From Octopus sinensis (taxonomy: Eukaryota), in NCBI RefSeq assembly GCF_006345805.1, contig NW_021827742.1, positions 1-9,987 on the forward strand: a stretch of 9,987 nt of DNA, given 5' to 3'. The notes below the pieces were generated by a model that saw only the letters and a list, made by a program, of their open reading frames with translations, had not been told where the DNA came from and did no database searches. A program made the translations under genes and the position numbers. The first letter of the stretch is position 1. Each line of letters opens with the position of its first letter. Below are positions 6,652 through 9,987 of this stretch, one piece after another.

Positions 6652-6670
6652 ACACCCACACTCACACACA
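6464..6670. repeat. (TG)n and (CA)n tracts in inverted arrangement
   Basis: TG about 6464-6547 and CA about 6608-6670, with a spacer of about 60 bp. Confidence 0.9.
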
Positions 6671-6811
6671 CGTATATGGATATAAATACATACGCATCGA
6701 CTTACATTTGACAGGTACATACACACACACGCAGACATTATACGCATTTATATACATACTAGCATACTATGCTAGCATGCATGCATATATGAATAAGTGC
6801 GTGTGTATATA

Positions 6812-7202
6812 TACATACATACATACATACATACGTACATAACATACATAACATACATATACACATACATACATGCATACATACATACATACATACATAC
6901 ATACATACATACATACACGCATACACACACATACATACATACATACATACATACATACATACATACATACATACATGCATACATACATACATACATACAT
7001 GCATACACGCATACACACATACATACATACCTACATACCTACATACATACATACATACATACATACATACATGCATACATACATACATATATACATGCAT
7101 ACATACATACATACATACATACATACATACATACATACATGCATACATACATACTTACATACATACATACATATATACATACATACATGCATACATACAT
7201 AC

Positions 7203-7233
<31 letters not shown>

Positions 7234-7364
7234 CAGACATACATACATACACACATACATACATGCATACATACATACATACATACATATATACATACAT
7301 ACATACATACATGCATACATACATACATACATAAATACATACATACATACATACATACATACAT
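6812..7364. repeat. Long (TACA)n tetranucleotide array with variant units
   Basis: About 550 bp of TACA with TGCA, CGCA, CCTA and CTTA variants. Confidence 0.97.
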
Positions 7365-7532
7365 AGATCAATCGCTAAATGCAGTGAATGGTTGCACATT
7401 ACAATACAGAAATACAGGTTACTAAACTATTAAGCGAGCTGTGCATTAAATATGGTAGTTAGATGCTTGTGTGTAGACCATTATATATTCCATTCATCTG
7501 CTTCAGATACCATCGTCTCTCCCTCTAATCTA

Positions 7533-7910
7533 CACTTGCGTCAGAAATTAATTAGCACTTCTCAAATTTCTACATTAAATAGGTTAAATCAATTAACCCA
7601 TGAGCTGTTCAAAACGTCTTACGCGATGAGAAAACTTAGTACGGTGTGATTTCGGTCCTTGCGAGGCGCTACCTATATCTATTAAACAAAGGAATTTGTC
7701 TGCATCCGCACTCTAAGTTGTTGTTGCACTGCTATGTCGACATCATAAGGCTGTAGACTCTCAAACTGCTCTGCAAACAAAGTTACGTCATCGTTCTGCG
7801 CAACAGTGAACTCGCAACAAAGCAATAGTTCGAGATATGGCCACTAGGTGACAGCACATACCTTGAGTGAAGAGCAAATCAAGGGTGCTAATTAATTTCT
7901 GACGGTAGTG
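7533..7910. mobile_element. Tc1/mariner-type MITE, 378 bp, 26-bp TIRs, TA TSD
   Basis: TA|cacttgcgtcagaaattaattagcac (7533-7558) and gtgctaattaatttctgacggtagtg|TA (7885-7910) are inverted repeats matching at 24/26. TA at 7531-7532 and 7911-7912. Confidence 0.92.
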
Positions 7911-8380
7911 TATACATTAGATTAAGCGTTTACCACGTTACCACAATCTACTTGGTTGAAATTCCGTCAGTTCTACGCCCATTATTACCATTGGCAATAA
8001 AACATGTAACTGAAGAGAAAACTACAAGATATGTCCTTCCTCATTTCTTACCACTCACATAACAAAAAAATAAAAAAAAGCAAAAAAACAAAACAACAAC
8101 AACAACAAAAGTACAGAGACTAGCGATCACCAAATGACTCAAACATGGCTGTACTGATGTTTTTTTTTCAGGAGAGGAACACTGCTTATAATACCCCAGA
8201 GGATGTCACTCCTGAACATTAACCAACTGGTTATATATTTTGAATCCAACGTTTCAAAGTAGGCGAAATGATCATCGGATACGGATACCGAATGATGCTT
8301 CCGTGAAATCGTACAGCCTTGAAGAGATCTCACTGATATTTATGTTTCCTTGCCAAAGAAGATCTCTGTTAACTTTACAG

Positions 8381-8669
8381 TAACCATATACCTGTCCTTT
8401 TTCTGTACCAAGATAGTTTTACGAGCAGTATTTCAGCATATAAAACCATCACAGCTGCTTCTCGTTTTCTTCCAAAATTCACTTTTATAGATAGACAACA
8501 ACGAAATCCATTTTACGCAGCGAACATTTTTCTCTGTAACTCACCTTTTAATCAAATAATGAAAAAGGGAAATGACGTCAACAGAGGTCGCTCTTGTGTT
8601 CCCAAAATGTTCTGGGATCAATCTGAAATGTGCAGTGGCCTCAGACACCTTTTGTGCAGTAATGAAATG
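8381..8669 (+). CDS. Candidate internal coding exon, product unrecognised
   Basis: Frame 8373-8672 is stop-free for 100 codons (...RFLPKFTFIDRQQRNPFYAANIFLCNSPFNQIM...CSGLRHLLCSNEM). Acceptor ctttacag| at 8380 (or ttttatag| at 8490) and donor ATG|GTATGA at 8670. No homology recognised. Confidence 0.25.
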
Positions 8670-9083
8670 GTATGATCTAAAACAGACTCGAGCGACCACT
8701 TGCAGGAAGCCGCATGAAACATGGCTCGTCATCAGGTGGGCCGCACTACTAAAAAAATTCAAGCTAATTTTTCGTTAGGCGTACCATTTAGAAAGTCCCG
8801 TGGGTGGCAGTTTGCTCATGACTGATATAAAACCATGTTATGTTTACACTACACTTTTGGCACAAATAACGTGTAATTAAAACTTTATTTATTTCGTAGT
8901 TGCATGCAAATGTGAAATTATTAAGTTCTGCAAAAGCAAAGTGACCCAAAAATGTATGTATGTAGGCACAATTACTCTGTTTTGTCATTAGTACCATCTG
9001 TTGGTTAATTATCTTGTCAGAATAAAATGCTGACGTCATGAATGACACGATGCCAACAAAATATAACATATGTCATACGGGCA

Positions 9084-9125
9084 TGTATGTATGTATGTAT
9101 GTATGTATGTATGTATGTATGTATG
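9084..9125. repeat. (TGTA)n microsatellite
   Basis: About 10 units. Confidence 0.95.
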
Positions 9126-9357
9126 GTTGTTAAGTGCTTAAAATTAAGACGGTAGTCCTGATTTTAAAATCTGTATGTATCCGTCAGTATGTGTTCCTGT
9201 TTTGTAATGCTGGGTGGCTATGTCTTAACGGATATCAATCCGGATGCAAGATACCATGTCTTTGACCGTATCCATGAATATTTCACACGCAATTGATGAC
9301 ATTCTTACAGTATTTTCCTTTTGGTATTCTTTTTTTTATTTTTATAATTTTTTTTAG

Positions 9358-9580
9358 AAACGAACAATTGGCACCAAAGAGGAATTCAACTGACGAGTCT
9401 GACTATAGTTCTATGCTGGAAGAAAACGTAAAGTATTTTGGAATTTTTCAAGATGTCCGTAATCCCACACAGTCCTCACGCTCGGATGCAGAAATTAAAT
9501 ATGATTCTGCAATGGCTGAGAACTTAGCATTCTGTGAAGAAAACAAAATTGATGAAATTAGTCGCAAAACATTCAACTAG
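9358..9580 (+). CDS. Candidate terminal coding exon (acidic, tail-like peptide), product unrecognised
   Basis: A long T tract and tttttag| acceptor at 9357 (alternative cttacag| at 9310) precede an open frame NEQLAPKRNSTDESDY...AENLAFCEENKIDEISRKTFN*. Confidence 0.3.
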
Positions 9581-9759
9581 TTGTGTATCTATGGGATTCG
9601 TAAAGCAATATGTAACTGTTACAATGAAATACCTGGAGACATTCCAGTCGACCACAAGAAAAGAGTCTCAAAAGGGAATAAGATATAGTCTGTATATTGA
9701 CACAGTACTGGAGCATAAATAGTGAGAGTTATCCCAACATACAACCGGCCATGTGCACA

Positions 9760-9987
9760 GAAGAAGAAGAAGAGAAGAAGAAGAAGAAGAAGAAGAAGAA
9801 GAAGAAGAAGAAGAAGAAGAGAAGAAGAAGAAGAAGAAGAAGAAGAAGAAGAAGAAGAAGAAGAGAAGAAGAAGAAGAAGAAGAAGAAGAAGAAGAAGAA
9901 GAAGAAGAAGAAGAAGAAGAAGAAGAAGAAAGAAGAAGAAGAAGAAGAAGAAGAAGAGAAGAAGAAGAAGAAGAAGAAGAAAAGAAG
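9760..9987. repeat. (GAA)n microsatellite running to the window end
   Basis: About 228 bp of pure purine with a few 1-bp indels. Confidence 0.97.

Noticed and set aside
6759-6775. Inverted repeat ctagcata-c-tatgctag
   Set aside because: Short and located at the edge of a low-complexity array.
5670-7399. Many ORFs of 60-193 aa with MYVC, YIHT, RE, SL or YI repeats
   Set aside because: Stop-free frames through TACA, TG, GA and TA microsatellites.
7452-7649. ORF or exon with acceptor at 7506 (DTIVSPSNLHLRQKL...)
   Set aside because: It runs across the left TIR into the Tc1-type MITE, so most of it is transposon sequence.
8545-8676. Minus-strand 132-nt exon with strong donor AAG|GTGAGT; ATSVDV resembles a hAT dimerisation motif
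   Set aside because: It overlaps the + strand candidate, no compatible partner exon was found, and hAT motif spacing does not fit. Not fully excluded.
9772-9985. Apparent periodic interruptions in the (GAA)n tract
   Set aside because: Single-base indels at irregular spacing are equally explained by sequencing error.

Overview
AT-rich eukaryotic, non-coding (intronic or intergenic) DNA packed with repeats. The SINE types and microsatellite density look like a coleoid cephalopod, most likely Octopus; this is my recognition, not a database result. No intact protein-coding gene is recognisable, and most ORFs in the supplied track are microsatellite artefacts. Supported content: at least four tRNA-derived SINE types (three copies with visible target-site duplications), a 400-bp non-autonomous Helitron, a TTAA piggyBac-type MITE, a TA-flanked Tc1-type MITE and an internally deleted pogo-family element that keeps a 59-aa Brinker-type HTH ORF. 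There are also two short elements carrying degenerate minimal hammerhead-ribozyme motifs of the Penelope/retrozyme type; one has its 3' end triplicated into a (CA)n-spaced minisatellite. Weaker signals are a CpG-rich promoter-like patch (about 2709-2850) and possible + strand exons at 8381-8669 and 9311/9358-9580.
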